A stretch of 64,000 nt of DNA. Source: an uncultured Gammaproteobacteria bacterium (lineage in GTDB: Bacteria > Patescibacteriota > Patescibacteriia > UBA9934). The stretch spans positions 25,892-89,891 of the forward strand of contig CAZTKG010000004.1 in NCBI GenBank assembly GCA_964613815.1, read 5' to 3'. Under the pieces are notes generated by a model. It ran no database searches. It saw nothing but the letters and a program-made list of their open reading frames with translations, and was not told the origin of the DNA. Below, piece after piece: positions 50,039 through 59,857 of the stretch (within the stretch, counting starts at the first letter, position 1; each line of letters begins with the position of its first letter). Both the position numbers and the translations under genes were made by a program.

Positions 50039-51340
50039 CTATCGAATATATTCAAGCGGATTCTTGAATCGCCCATTAACAATCACCTCAAAGTGAATAT
50101 GTGTCCCCGTTGATCGTCCAGTCGATCCACAACGCCCAATAGGCTGCCCCTGACTCACCGCCTGACCAGCAACGACATAGTTACTGGAATGGTGAGCATA
50201 ACGAGTCATCATCCCATTTCCATGATTGACTTCAACTGTGTACCCATATCCACCCCGCCATCCAGAATATTCAACAATCCCATCAAGTGCAGCAAAGTTA
50301 TCATGCGTATACCCACAATCAATATCAAGACCCGTATGACGCCAGCCGTAGTACTGTGTAATCGTACTAAGCTCCGTCGGCCAAATCATATATCCCGTTG
50401 TAGTTGCGGGCACGCCCGAACTCACTGGAGCACTAACCACTGCAGTCGGAGTAGGAGAGAGCACCTGACTAATCGCTTCAGACCGAGAAACCGGCGCAGC
50501 TGCCACAATCTTCCCACCAGGAATCAAAAGCTCATCACCAATAGAGAGCATATTTGCACTCGCAAGAGCATTACGATCCAAAATCTCCGTCTGCGTCACA
50601 GAATACGTATTCGCAATCGTGGAAAGCGTATCCCCACTTTTCACAACGTGCCGAACCCCACTCACTGGCAAAATCACAAGCTCATCTCCAAGCCCAAGTA
50701 CGCTGCGAACACTCAAGTCATTCGCCCACAAAAGCGTATCAAGCGAAATTCCAAACGCTTCAGCGATGGTAGAAAGAGTATCCCCGCTCTCAACCACATA
50801 CATCTCAACACGTTCACGAGGCGCGACAGAGCTATCACCATCACGCGCAGCAGGAGCAGAAATAATACTTCCACCAATCAAAGAAAACCCATCACTATCT
50901 CCAAATCCGATATCATCAACCCCAAGCGAAGCCTGAAGCGCAAACGTCTCTCGATAATGCACAGGTACAACCTCAATCGCAGCATATTCCGTCGCATATT
51001 CCTCAATCACTTCACCAGCATCCGGTCCAACTAAACGATAAAGCATACTCTTTTCCCCAAACGCCTCAGCTCGCACCTGCGTCGTCTGCAAATTCAAAAC
51101 CCCAACACCAACCACAATCATTGCAAGCACAAAATGCACCAAAAAACGATTCGTCACAATCGCCATAAACCGATTTTTTGCGGGACCAAAAATCAAAACA
51201 AATCGCCGTCTCACACCATAATAAACACCATAAACAGGCATTCCTAAAAACAAAACGAAACGACTAATCGCCGCAAAAACAGTAGTCAAAACACGCACAA
51301 ACGCCCGCTTAACCCAAACAAAAAGGCGAACAGCCTTCAA
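50039..51340 (-). CDS. LysM + M23 peptidase
   Basis: Two LysM repeats (V.SGDTLSTIA), HTGLD, YAH, STGTHIHFEV. Confidence 0.93.
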   Translation of the reverse strand: MKAVRLFVWVKRAFVRVLTTVFAAISRFVLFLGMPVYGVYYGVRRRFVLIFGPAKNRFMAIVTNRFLVHFVLAMIVVGVGVLNLQTTQVRAEAFGEKSMLYRLVGPDAGEVIEEYATEYAAIEVVPVHYRETFALQASLGVDDIGFGDSDGFSLIGGSIISAPAARDGDSSVAPRERVEMYVVESGDTLSTIAEAFGISLDTLLWANDLSVRSVLGLGDELVILPVSGVRHVVKSGDTLSTIANTYSVTQTEILDRNALASANMLSIGDELLIPGGKIVAAAPVSRSEAISQVLSPTPTAVVSAPVSSGVPATTTGYMIWPTELSTITQYYGWRHTGLDIDCGYTHDNFAALDGIVEYSGWRGGYGYTVEVNHGNGMMTRYAHHSSNYVVAGQAVSQGQPIGRCGSTGRSTGTHIHFEVIVNGRFKNPLEYIR

Positions 51341-51599
51341 ACCAATAGCAACGAAACGTTGTTTAAATCGGTCAAAAATAAGTCAAAACAGAGAAAAATA
51401 AACCATTTTTTGCTCACTTCACCTACGTTAATCGTAGCAAAAAAATTAGCACAAATCTGCATTTACGTCAATTGACAATTTCAGCCGAAAACGCATATAA
51501 TCACCATGCTTTAACATAAAGACTTGCGAAGTTCAGATCAACCCATCGTGGTCCGAACCTCGTAAGTCATTACGTTTATTTAATAACTGACATCATTTT

Positions 51600-53591
51600 A
51601 TGGATGTAACCACGTATGCATTAATCGTGGTCGCAATCGCGGTTGCCTACACACTTCTTCTCATTAGATGGATCCTCAAACTTCCATCCGGAGAAGGAAA
51701 AATGAAAGGCATCGCACTCGCGATTCAAGAGGGAGCAAACGCCTACCTCGCACGACAATACCGAGTCATCGGAATTATCGGAATTGTCATTTTCTTCATC
51801 CTAGCATTTCTCCTTAGCTGGAACATTGCCTTCGGATTCCTCGTCGGAGCAGTCCTCTCAGGACTCACCGGATACATCGGCATGATCATATCCGTCCGAG
51901 CAAACGTCCGCACAGCGGAAGCCGCAAAGAAGGGCCTCAAAGAAGCCCTAGAAGTTGCCGTAAAAGGCGGAACAGTCACAGGAATGTTTGTCGTAGCCCT
52001 AGGACTCCTCGGAGTAACAGGCTTCTACATGGCAACAGGAGACGTCTACGCCCTCATCGGACTCGGATTCGGAGGATCTCTCATCTCTGTATTTGCACGT
52101 CTTGGCGGAGGCATCTTCACAAAAGCAGCAGACGTCGGAGCTGACCTCGTCGGGAAAGTCGAAGCTGGAATTCCAGAAGACGACCCACGAAACCCAGCCG
52201 TCATCGCAGACAACGTAGGAGACAATGTCGGAGATTGTGCAGGAATGGCAGCAGACCTATTCGAAACATACGCAGTAACACTCGTCGCGGCAATGCTCAT
52301 CGGAATGCTCACATTTGGCGAAATCGAAGCCATTATTACATTCCCAATCGCAATCGGCGCAGTCGCAATCCTAGCCTCAATCATCGGAACACAATTCATC
52401 AAACTAGGATCGTCCGGCGCGATCATGCCAGCACTCTACAAGGGACTCATCGTCTCGGGAGTACTCTCAGCAGCAGCATTTTACCCGCTCACAAACTGGG
52501 CACTAGGAGACGTTGCAGGCATCGACACCATGGCCATCTTCTGGTCACTCATGGTCGGACTCATCGTCACAGCTGCCCTAGTCTGGATTACCGAGTATTA
52601 CACCTCAACAGAATACAAACCAGTACAACGCATCGCTGAAGCCTCACAAACAGGCCACGGCACAAACGTCATCGCAGGACTAGCCCTATCAATGCGCTCA
52701 ACCGCGTACCCAGTCCTCGTCATCGTTGCAGGAATCCTCGCAGCTCATACGCTAGCAGGAACCTACGGAGTCGCAATGGCAGTCATGTCTATGCTTTCCC
52801 TCACAGGAATCATCGTAGCCATGGACGCCTACGGCCCAATCACAGACAACGCAGGAGGGATCGCAGAAATGGCCAACCTCCCAAAGGAAGTACGTGAAAT
52901 TACCGATCCGCTAGACGCAGTGGGGAACACCACAAAAGCCGTCACAAAAGGATACGCGATCGGATCAGCCGGCCTAGCCGCAACCGTCCTATTCGCATCC
53001 TACACAGACGAACTAGCCCTACGAGGAGCTGAATTCGACTTCTCCCTCGCTGACCCATACGTTCTCGCTGGACTCCTCATTGGAGGACTTCTCCCATACA
53101 TCTTCTCCGCATACGCCATGGAAGCAGTGGGAAAGGCAGCAGGAAAAGTCGTAGAAGAAGTCCGCCGCCAATTCAAAGAAATTAAAGGCATCATGGACGG
53201 CACAGGAAAACCTGACTACTCGCAAGCCGTAGACATCGTCACAAAAGCAGCAATCGGCGAAATGGTCGCTCCAGCCCTCATCCCAATCATCGTGCCAATC
53301 CTCGTCGGATGGTTCCTAGGCCCAGAAGCCCTCGGCGGACTCCTCATCGGATCCATCGTCACAGGAATCTTCCTCGCAATCAGCATGACAACAGGAGGAG
53401 GTGCATGGGACAACGCCAAAAAATACATCGAAATGGGCAACTTCGGCGGCAAAAAATCAATCGCTCACGAAGCAGCGGTGACCGGAGATACAGTAGGAGA
53501 TCCTTACAAAGACACAGCAGGACCAGCGATCAACCCGATGATCAAAATCATCAACATCGTCGCCCTTCTACTTGTCACATTCATTGTCTAA
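51600..53591 (+). CDS. hppA: membrane H+/Na+-translocating pyrophosphatase
   Basis: [44 protein letters not shown]; GNTTKA; [11 protein letters not shown]. Confidence 0.97.
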   Translation: MDVTTYALIVVAIAVAYTLLLIRWILKLPSGEGKMKGIALAIQEGANAYLARQYRVIGIIGIVIFFILAFLLSWNIAFGFLVGAVLSGLTGYIGMIISVRANVRTAEAAKKGLKEALEVAVKGGTVTGMFVVALGLLGVTGFYMATGDVYALIGLGFGGSLISVFARLGGGIFTKAADVGADLVGKVEAGIPEDDPRNPAVIADNVGDNVGDCAGMAADLFETYAVTLVAAMLIGMLTFGEIEAIITFPIAIGAVAILASIIGTQFIKLGSSGAIMPALYKGLIVSGVLSAAAFYPLTNWALGDVAGIDTMAIFWSLMVGLIVTAALVWITEYYTSTEYKPVQRIAEASQTGHGTNVIAGLALSMRSTAYPVLVIVAGILAAHTLAGTYGVAMAVMSMLSLTGIIVAMDAYGPITDNAGGIAEMANLPKEVREITDPLDAVGNTTKAVTKGYAIGSAGLAATVLFASYTDELALRGAEFDFSLADPYVLAGLLIGGLLPYIFSAYAMEAVGKAAGKVVEEVRRQFKEIKGIMDGTGKPDYSQAVDIVTKAAIGEMVAPALIPIIVPILVGWFLGPEALGGLLIGSIVTGIFLAISMTTGGGAWDNAKKYIEMGNFGGKKSIAHEAAVTGDTVGDPYKDTAGPAINPMIKIINIVALLLVTFIV

Positions 53592-53700
53592 AACAATCAA
53601 AAACACTCTCGAAAAAATCGGGAGTGTTTTTTGATAGAAAACATTGACACCAAACCACAAAAACCCTATACTTTTCGCCTAAACGACCCAGAATATATCT

Positions 53701-54987
53701 ATGCCATACACCGTAGAAATCGCCGAAAACAAGGCAACATTCACCCTCACCATCCCACAAGAAAAAGTCATCGAGGGCATGCAAAAAGCAGCGAAACAAA
53801 TTTCACAAGAATCAAAAATTCCAGGATTCCGCCCAGGAAAAGCAAACTACGAAGTCATCAAAAAACGCATTGGTGACATGAAGCTCCTCGAAGCAGCAGC
53901 GGAAGACCTCATCCGCGCAGAATTTGTTGCAGCAATGATCGAAGAAAACCTAGAAACCTGCGGTCAACCGTTTTTCGAGACAGTAAAAATGGCTCCAGAA
54001 AACGAAATGATCATCAAAGCAACAGTCACAATGTTCCCAAAATGCACCAAACTTGCTGATTACAAAAAACTCGAAGTCAAAAAGAACGCAACAAAACCAG
54101 AACAAAAAAGCATCGATCGAGCCAAAAAAGACCTCGCACTCATGCGAACAAAAGAAACAGCAGCACCAAAAGACCACAAAATCACAAAAGGCGATAAAGT
54201 CATCGTAAACCTCCTCATGAAAGAAAAAGGCGTGGTTCTCGAAGGCGGAGAAGGCCAAGGTCACGCCATTTACACCGGCGAAGACTACTTCATCGAAGGC
54301 TTCGTAGACAAAATCACCGGCCTAAAGGCAGGGGAAACACCAAAATTCAAACTCCCATTTCCAAAAGACCACTACCTCAAACATCTAGCCGGTAAAAAAA
54401 TCGACTTCGAGGTAGAAATCAAAGAAATCTTCCTCCTAGAAGCCCCGGAACTAAACGATGAATTCGCCAAAAACCTAGGACTCAAAAACACGAAAGATCT
54501 AGAAGAAAAACTCGTCGAAAACCTCACCCTGGAAAACGAACGAGAAGAATCCGTCCGCCAAGAAAAAGAAATCATCAAAACCCTCGCAGACAAATCCAAA
54601 TTCGACGAAATTCCAGACCTCCTCGTCAACCAAGAAATCGCCAAGATGACACACGAAATGCAAACAAACATCGAAGCAAAAGGCGGAAACTTCGACGACT
54701 ATCTCAAATCCATAAACAAAACAATCGCGGACATCAAACTAGATTTCGCCCCAGCAGCCCTCATGCGAATCAAAGGCGCAATCGTCCTCAAAGAAATCGC
54801 AGAAACCGAATCAATCAAACCAACAAACGAAGAAATCGACGCAGAACTAGACGCAATCGCAGACCGCTACAAGGAAAACAAAGACGCCCAAAAACAAATC
54901 TTCGAACCAAGATTCCGCGTCTACACAGAACAACGTCTAAGAGACCAAAAAACCATGCAAACCCTCAAAGAGATCATGGTCAAATAA
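53701..54987 (+). CDS. tig: trigger factor
   Basis: IPGFRPGKA signature; FKBP-like domain FP.DY..LAGK. Confidence 0.95.
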   Translation: MPYTVEIAENKATFTLTIPQEKVIEGMQKAAKQISQESKIPGFRPGKANYEVIKKRIGDMKLLEAAAEDLIRAEFVAAMIEENLETCGQPFFETVKMAPENEMIIKATVTMFPKCTKLADYKKLEVKKNATKPEQKSIDRAKKDLALMRTKETAAPKDHKITKGDKVIVNLLMKEKGVVLEGGEGQGHAIYTGEDYFIEGFVDKITGLKAGETPKFKLPFPKDHYLKHLAGKKIDFEVEIKEIFLLEAPELNDEFAKNLGLKNTKDLEEKLVENLTLENEREESVRQEKEIIKTLADKSKFDEIPDLLVNQEIAKMTHEMQTNIEAKGGNFDDYLKSINKTIADIKLDFAPAALMRIKGAIVLKEIAETESIKPTNEEIDAELDAIADRYKENKDAQKQIFEPRFRVYTEQRLRDQKTMQTLKEIMVK

Positions 54988-55054
54988 CACAAAAGACCCT
55001 GCCAAAAACAGGGTCTTTTGCTACACTGACGTAAACAAACGTAACAACAAGACT

Positions 55055-55903
55055 ATGTTCATCGGCGGACACGTATCAGCAGCAGGCGGACTCCACAATG
55101 CAGGACCAAACGGCGCAGAAATCGGCTGCGAAGTCATCCAAATATTCTCTCGTCCCCCACAAGGCGGAAAACCAAGAGAAATCACCCCAGAAGTGCAACA
55201 AGAATTCAAAACCTCCATGCAAAAAAATGGCATCAAAGCCGTCTACATTCACGCGCCATACTTCATCAACCTCGCCTCCTCAAATCCCAGAATCAAACAC
55301 AGCTCCATCGCCGTCCTTCGCCAAGAACTAGAACGAGGGACCCTCCTAGGCTGCAAAGGGATGATGTTCCACCCAGGCTCCTCAAAAGACCTCTCAGAAG
55401 AAGAAGCCCGCAAAACCGTCATCGAATCCATCAACAAAATCATGGACGGCTACACCGGAACCTGCCAATTCCTCATCGAAATTTCCGCCGGAGCAGGAAA
55501 CGTCATGGGAGACACATTCGAAGAAGTCGCCCTCTTCCTAAACGAAGCCGAAAAGGGAGAAAATATCGGCGTCTGCTTCGACACCCAACACGCCTTCGCC
55601 TCAGGCTACGACCTCAGCACAAAAGAAGGCCTCGACACGGTCATGACCAAATTCGACGACCTCATCGGCCTAAACCGCATGCCAGTCAGTCACATCAACG
55701 ACTCAAAAGTAGAACTAAACGGCAAAAAAGACCGCCACGAACATCTCGGAGAAGGCCACATCGGCCTAGACGCCTTCAAGCACTTCATCAACCACCCAAA
55801 ACTTGGGCACCTAGACCTCATCCTAGAAACCCCATTCAAAAAAGGAGCCATGGAAGGCCGCCTAAACGACATCAAACTCCTAAAACAATTCCGAAATAAC
55901 TAA
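55055..55903 (+). CDS. nfo: endonuclease IV
   Basis: IGGHVS, HAPYFINL, CFDTQH, HINDSK, DRHEHLGEG, ILETP. Confidence 0.96.
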   Translation: MFIGGHVSAAGGLHNAGPNGAEIGCEVIQIFSRPPQGGKPREITPEVQQEFKTSMQKNGIKAVYIHAPYFINLASSNPRIKHSSIAVLRQELERGTLLGCKGMMFHPGSSKDLSEEEARKTVIESINKIMDGYTGTCQFLIEISAGAGNVMGDTFEEVALFLNEAEKGENIGVCFDTQHAFASGYDLSTKEGLDTVMTKFDDLIGLNRMPVSHINDSKVELNGKKDRHEHLGEGHIGLDAFKHFINHPKLGHLDLILETPFKKGAMEGRLNDIKLLKQFRNN

Positions 55904-55943
55904 ACGACATACGCTATCACGATAACAAATCCTATTGCCAAAA

Positions 55944-56180
55944 CTAGGGCTGATCAACCCCACCCTCACAAAAAGGATGACACCTCAACACTCTGCCACC
56001 AGCCTTCATCACGCCTCGAAAAACCCCATACTTCATCACCGCCAATCGCCCATACTCACTACAAGAAGGGAAATAGGGACAATACCCATGCGAATAAAAC
56101 ATCTTCAGCGGACCATGATCAAAACTCAACGTCTTCTGATAAACACCAATCAAAAAAACCACCCCGTCCCTCACCCTCAT
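55944..56180 (-). CDS. yidD: membrane protein insertion efficiency factor YidD
   Basis: CPYFPSCSEY..RVLRCHPF..GGVD. Confidence 0.93.
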   Translation of the reverse strand: MRVRDGVVFLIGVYQKTLSFDHGPLKMFYSHGYCPYFPSCSEYGRLAVMKYGVFRGVMKAGGRVLRCHPFCEGGVDQP

Positions 56181-56515
56181 AAAAGCCCCGCCTTCCGCAA
56201 AACCACCTCAAACGCCTCATCCTTATCAGGATAAGACACATCAATCGCCTTCTTACTCGTCAAAAGCACCACATCATACCCAGCCTTAATCATCCCAAGC
56301 CGCTTCCGCACAATCTCCCGATACTGTCGTTTAACCTTATTCCGCACAACCGCCGACTTATCAACCTTTTTCCCAACAACCACAGCAAATCGCGAAACCC
56401 CCTCATCATTTTTCACAAACTTAACACCACAAACCGGATGAAACACGCTCTTCCCGCGCTTCACGACCCGTTGTATATCAGCATCTTTACAAAGACGATG
56501 TCGAGATCGAAACAT
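56177..56515 (-). CDS. rnpA: ribonuclease P protein component
   Basis: RFAVVVGKKV..SAVVRNKVKRQYRE. Confidence 0.95.
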   Translation of the reverse strand: MFRSRHRLCKDADIQRVVKRGKSVFHPVCGVKFVKNDEGVSRFAVVVGKKVDKSAVVRNKVKRQYREIVRKRLGMIKAGYDVVLLTSKKAIDVSYPDKDEAFEVVLRKAGLL

Positions 56516-56559
56516 AATAAACTTAGTGTACCAAAAAACGAGGCAAAGCCCCGTTTTTC

Positions 56560-56709
56560 TTATTTAGCAAGAGCAACAGCGAGTCGCTTCCGCCCCTTCG
56601 TGCGACGGCGCTTCAACACATTTCGCCCTCCCTTAGTAGCCATCCGCGCTCGAAACCCAAGTCTCCGCACACGCTTAAGCTTTTTTGGTTGATATGTTCG
56701 TTTAGGCAT
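56560..56709 (-). CDS. rpmH: 50S ribosomal protein L34 (absent from the ORF track)
   Basis: Manual translation [49 protein letters not shown]. Confidence 0.95.
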   Translation of the reverse strand: MPKRTYQPKKLKRVRRLGFRARMATKGGRNVLKRRRTKGRKRLAVALAK

Positions 56710-56916
56710 ACAGTAATTTCAGAAGGAACATATCAAATGCATACACATTTGTCAACAAAAATAAATCACGCATTTTATCCACTCTATCCACAGCTATTCC
56801 ACAGTTTAACCAAACCTAACCACCTTGATAACTGTGGATATCCGTAATAAAATGCTGAATGTCGTCCAACATCAATCAACGTCACTCTGGTGGTGACCTT
56901 TTATCAAAGGAGCAAT
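56710..56916. promoter_or_regulatory. oriC-associated region between rpmH and dnaA with near-consensus DnaA boxes
   Basis: TTATCCACT 56775, CTATCCACA 56784, TATTCCACA 56795, TGTGGATAT 56833; canonical rnpA-rpmH-dnaA-dnaN context. Confidence 0.7.
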
Positions 56917-58305
56917 ATGAATACGCACGAACTATGGCAAGCAACACTTGGAGAATTAGAGTTGAAACTCACAAAAGCGCATTTCACCACCTGGTTCCGT
57001 AAAACCTTTATTGCAAACTATAACCAGGGAGACGTCATCATTGGCGTTCCAAACACATTTACAAAAAGCTGGCTCGAGAAAAAATATCACCGAGACATTC
57101 TAAATTCATTACAGGAAATCACCGAACAACACATAAAAAGCCTGCAATATCGTGTAGAAACAAAAACATCTCCTCCGTCACCAGTCATCCTAAAACCAAC
57201 AGAAGTAGAAGCGCCAGCAGAACTATCAGAAGAATCCCTAGGATTCACAACAGGTCCAGCGGTACAAAAACCACAAGAAGAACTTCTCATTAACAACTAC
57301 TACACCTTCGAGACATTCGTTGTAGGAAAACAAAACGAACTCGCACACGCCGCAGCGCAAGCTGTAGCAGCACAACCCGGCGGAACCTATAACCCGGTAT
57401 TCATCTATGGAGACGTAGGACTAGGAAAAACCCATCTACTGAACGCCGTGGGGAACGAAATGCTGAAACGAAACCCAAACACAAAAATTCTCTACGTAAC
57501 CTGCGAACGCTTCACAAACGAATTCATCCAAGCCGTCCGAACAGGAAGAGCCAAAGAATTCAAAGACCTCTACAGAAACGTCGACCTTCTCCTTATAGAT
57601 GACATCCAATTCATCACAGGGAAAGAGGGGACTCAAGAAGAATTCTTCCACACATTCAACACGCTCCATCAAAACAACAAGCAAATCATCATCTCATCAG
57701 ACAGACCACCAAAAGCCATCGCCGCACTAGAAAAACGCCTACTTTCAAGACTAGAATGGGGCATGCTCGTAGACGTCGGCGCACCAGATCTAGAAACACG
57801 TGTCGCAATTCTCCAAATTAAGTGCCTCAAAAAAGGAATCAAACTCGAACGAGAATTCTTGCATTACATCGCATCAACAATCCAATCAAACGTCCGAGAA
57901 CTCGAGGGAGCGCTCAACAAAATCATCGCCGTCCACCAATTCAGAAACATCACTCCATCAATGGAGACAATCAAACCAATCGTAGAAAGCTTCGAAATCT
58001 CCAACATCAAAAAAACCGTCTCAACAAAGCAAATTATTCACACAGTTTCAGAGTATTTCGACGTAAATATCGAAGGAATCATGGGAAAAAGCCGAGAAAA
58101 ACGACTCGCATTCCCACGGCAAATCATCATGTTCCTTCTCCGAGAAGAAATGAAAAGCTCCTATCCATCAATCGGCGCAGAACTAGGCGGGCGCGATCAC
58201 ACAACCGCAATGCACGCCTATTCCAAAATCAATCGCCTCCTCAAAGAGAACGAACAACTAAAAAGAGACCTCGATCTCATCAAACAAAAGATGTACTCAG
58301 GTTAA
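56917..58305 (+). CDS. dnaA: chromosomal replication initiator DnaA
   Basis: YNPVFIYGDVGLGKTHL, LLIDDIQF, QEEFFHTFN, GGRDHTT. Confidence 0.99.
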   Translation: MNTHELWQATLGELELKLTKAHFTTWFRKTFIANYNQGDVIIGVPNTFTKSWLEKKYHRDILNSLQEITEQHIKSLQYRVETKTSPPSPVILKPTEVEAPAELSEESLGFTTGPAVQKPQEELLINNYYTFETFVVGKQNELAHAAAQAVAAQPGGTYNPVFIYGDVGLGKTHLLNAVGNEMLKRNPNTKILYVTCERFTNEFIQAVRTGRAKEFKDLYRNVDLLLIDDIQFITGKEGTQEEFFHTFNTLHQNNKQIIISSDRPPKAIAALEKRLLSRLEWGMLVDVGAPDLETRVAILQIKCLKKGIKLEREFLHYIASTIQSNVRELEGALNKIIAVHQFRNITPSMETIKPIVESFEISNIKKTVSTKQIIHTVSEYFDVNIEGIMGKSREKRLAFPRQIIMFLLREEMKSSYPSIGAELGGRDHTTAMHAYSKINRLLKENEQLKRDLDLIKQKMYSG

Positions 58306-58587
58306 CAACAGAAGACAAACAAGTTATCAGCATCTTAAACACATATTCAGAGCCTACACACATGTAAACAAACCCGGTATACAAAAGGGACAACCCTCGA
58401 AAAACTGAGGAAACATCCGTGTATAAATACGGCCCCAAAAACACCCCCTAAATTCCTCCACATGAATTACACAGATCCATCCAAAAGTTCCCCACAACAA
58501 AATACCAAAATTCATAACCAACCTTAGACCTAATTCCAAACAAGCCCACACCATCCACAGACCTATTACTACTATTAACTTATACAT

Positions 58588-59736
58588 GTGAAACTATCTT
58601 GTACGAAAGAAAACCTTGCTCAGGGACTCGCGGTCACATCGAACATCGGAACAAAAAACGTGAACCTTCCTATCCTGAACAATGTTCTCATCAAAGCCGA
58701 CAACGGAGGAATTCATTTCACAGCAACAAATCTTGAGATTGCTGTGAAAGTAAGTATTCGAGGAAAAGTGGAACAAGTAGGAGAGTACACGATTCCATCA
58801 AAACTATTCTTTGACTTTGTTAACTTACTTCCAGACGAACGCGTAGACATCGACCTACACGACGACGGGGCATTCATTGCATGCGCAACGGCAAAAACAA
58901 AACTAAAAGGCGTCGCATCATCAGAATTTCCATTAATTCCATCAGTAACAGACGGATCCATATTCACCGTATCCGTATCAGAGCTACGAAAAGTCCTCTC
59001 ACAAACACTATTCTCAGCAGCAAACAACGAATCAAGGCCAGAGCTATCGGGACTAAATTTCAATTTCGAAATCACGGAGACGACAAAGTCGCTCACAATT
59101 GCATCAACGGACAGCTATCGACTAGCAGAAGCAAAAATTGGAGTAAAGACGGACGTCATGACAGGACGATCCGTAATAATCCCAAGCAGAACACTCTCCG
59201 AACTGAATAGGATTTTCGGCGTATTCAAAGACGATGTTGAAGCATCTGACACGGTGGATATAGAAATCTCCGACAACCAAATCGTCTTCCGTTATGGGTC
59301 AGTAGAGCTCATCTCAAGAATCATTGAGGGTCAATATCCAGATTACAAACAAATCATCCCAACAGAATTCAAAACAAGTGCAACGGTAAACCGCCAAGCG
59401 CTCATCAAGGCCGTAAAAAGCACAAGTCTCTTCTCAAAAAACGGACTATACGATGTCGAACTCGCCGTATCTCCAGAAGGAGGAAAGATCGAGCTATCTG
59501 CAAGCGATGCAACAAGAGGGGAGCATTCGCTAACGCTCCCAGGAACATTCACTGGCGAGCTAAACAGAATCGTTCTCAACTATCGCTATGTCCTAGACGG
59601 TCTCGGCGCAATGAATGCTGACGAGGTAGAGGTGCGAGTCATTGACGCATCTAACCCATGCTTAGTCGTGCCAAAAGCATCAGAAGAGCAGGAAAAGGAA
59701 GGGTACAAATACGTCGTGATGCCAATCAGAAGATAA
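58588..59736 (+). CDS. dnaN: DNA polymerase III beta clamp
   Basis: LPILNNVL, ATNLE, STDSYRL, IEGQYPDY, VVMPIR; GTG start. Confidence 0.97.
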   Translation: MKLSCTKENLAQGLAVTSNIGTKNVNLPILNNVLIKADNGGIHFTATNLEIAVKVSIRGKVEQVGEYTIPSKLFFDFVNLLPDERVDIDLHDDGAFIACATAKTKLKGVASSEFPLIPSVTDGSIFTVSVSELRKVLSQTLFSAANNESRPELSGLNFNFEITETTKSLTIASTDSYRLAEAKIGVKTDVMTGRSVIIPSRTLSELNRIFGVFKDDVEASDTVDIEISDNQIVFRYGSVELISRIIEGQYPDYKQIIPTEFKTSATVNRQALIKAVKSTSLFSKNGLYDVELAVSPEGGKIELSASDATRGEHSLTLPGTFTGELNRIVLNYRYVLDGLGAMNADEVEVRVIDASNPCLVVPKASEEQEKEGYKYVVMPIRR

Positions 59737-59857
59737 GAAACAAGTTCCTCAGAAACAGAAAAAGTTATCCAAACTATCCCCGACTTATCCTCATTGCAAG
59801 GAACGAGCCGGGTATCAAAAAACCGCCCCTGTGGAAAAGGGCGGTTTTTTACACAGG

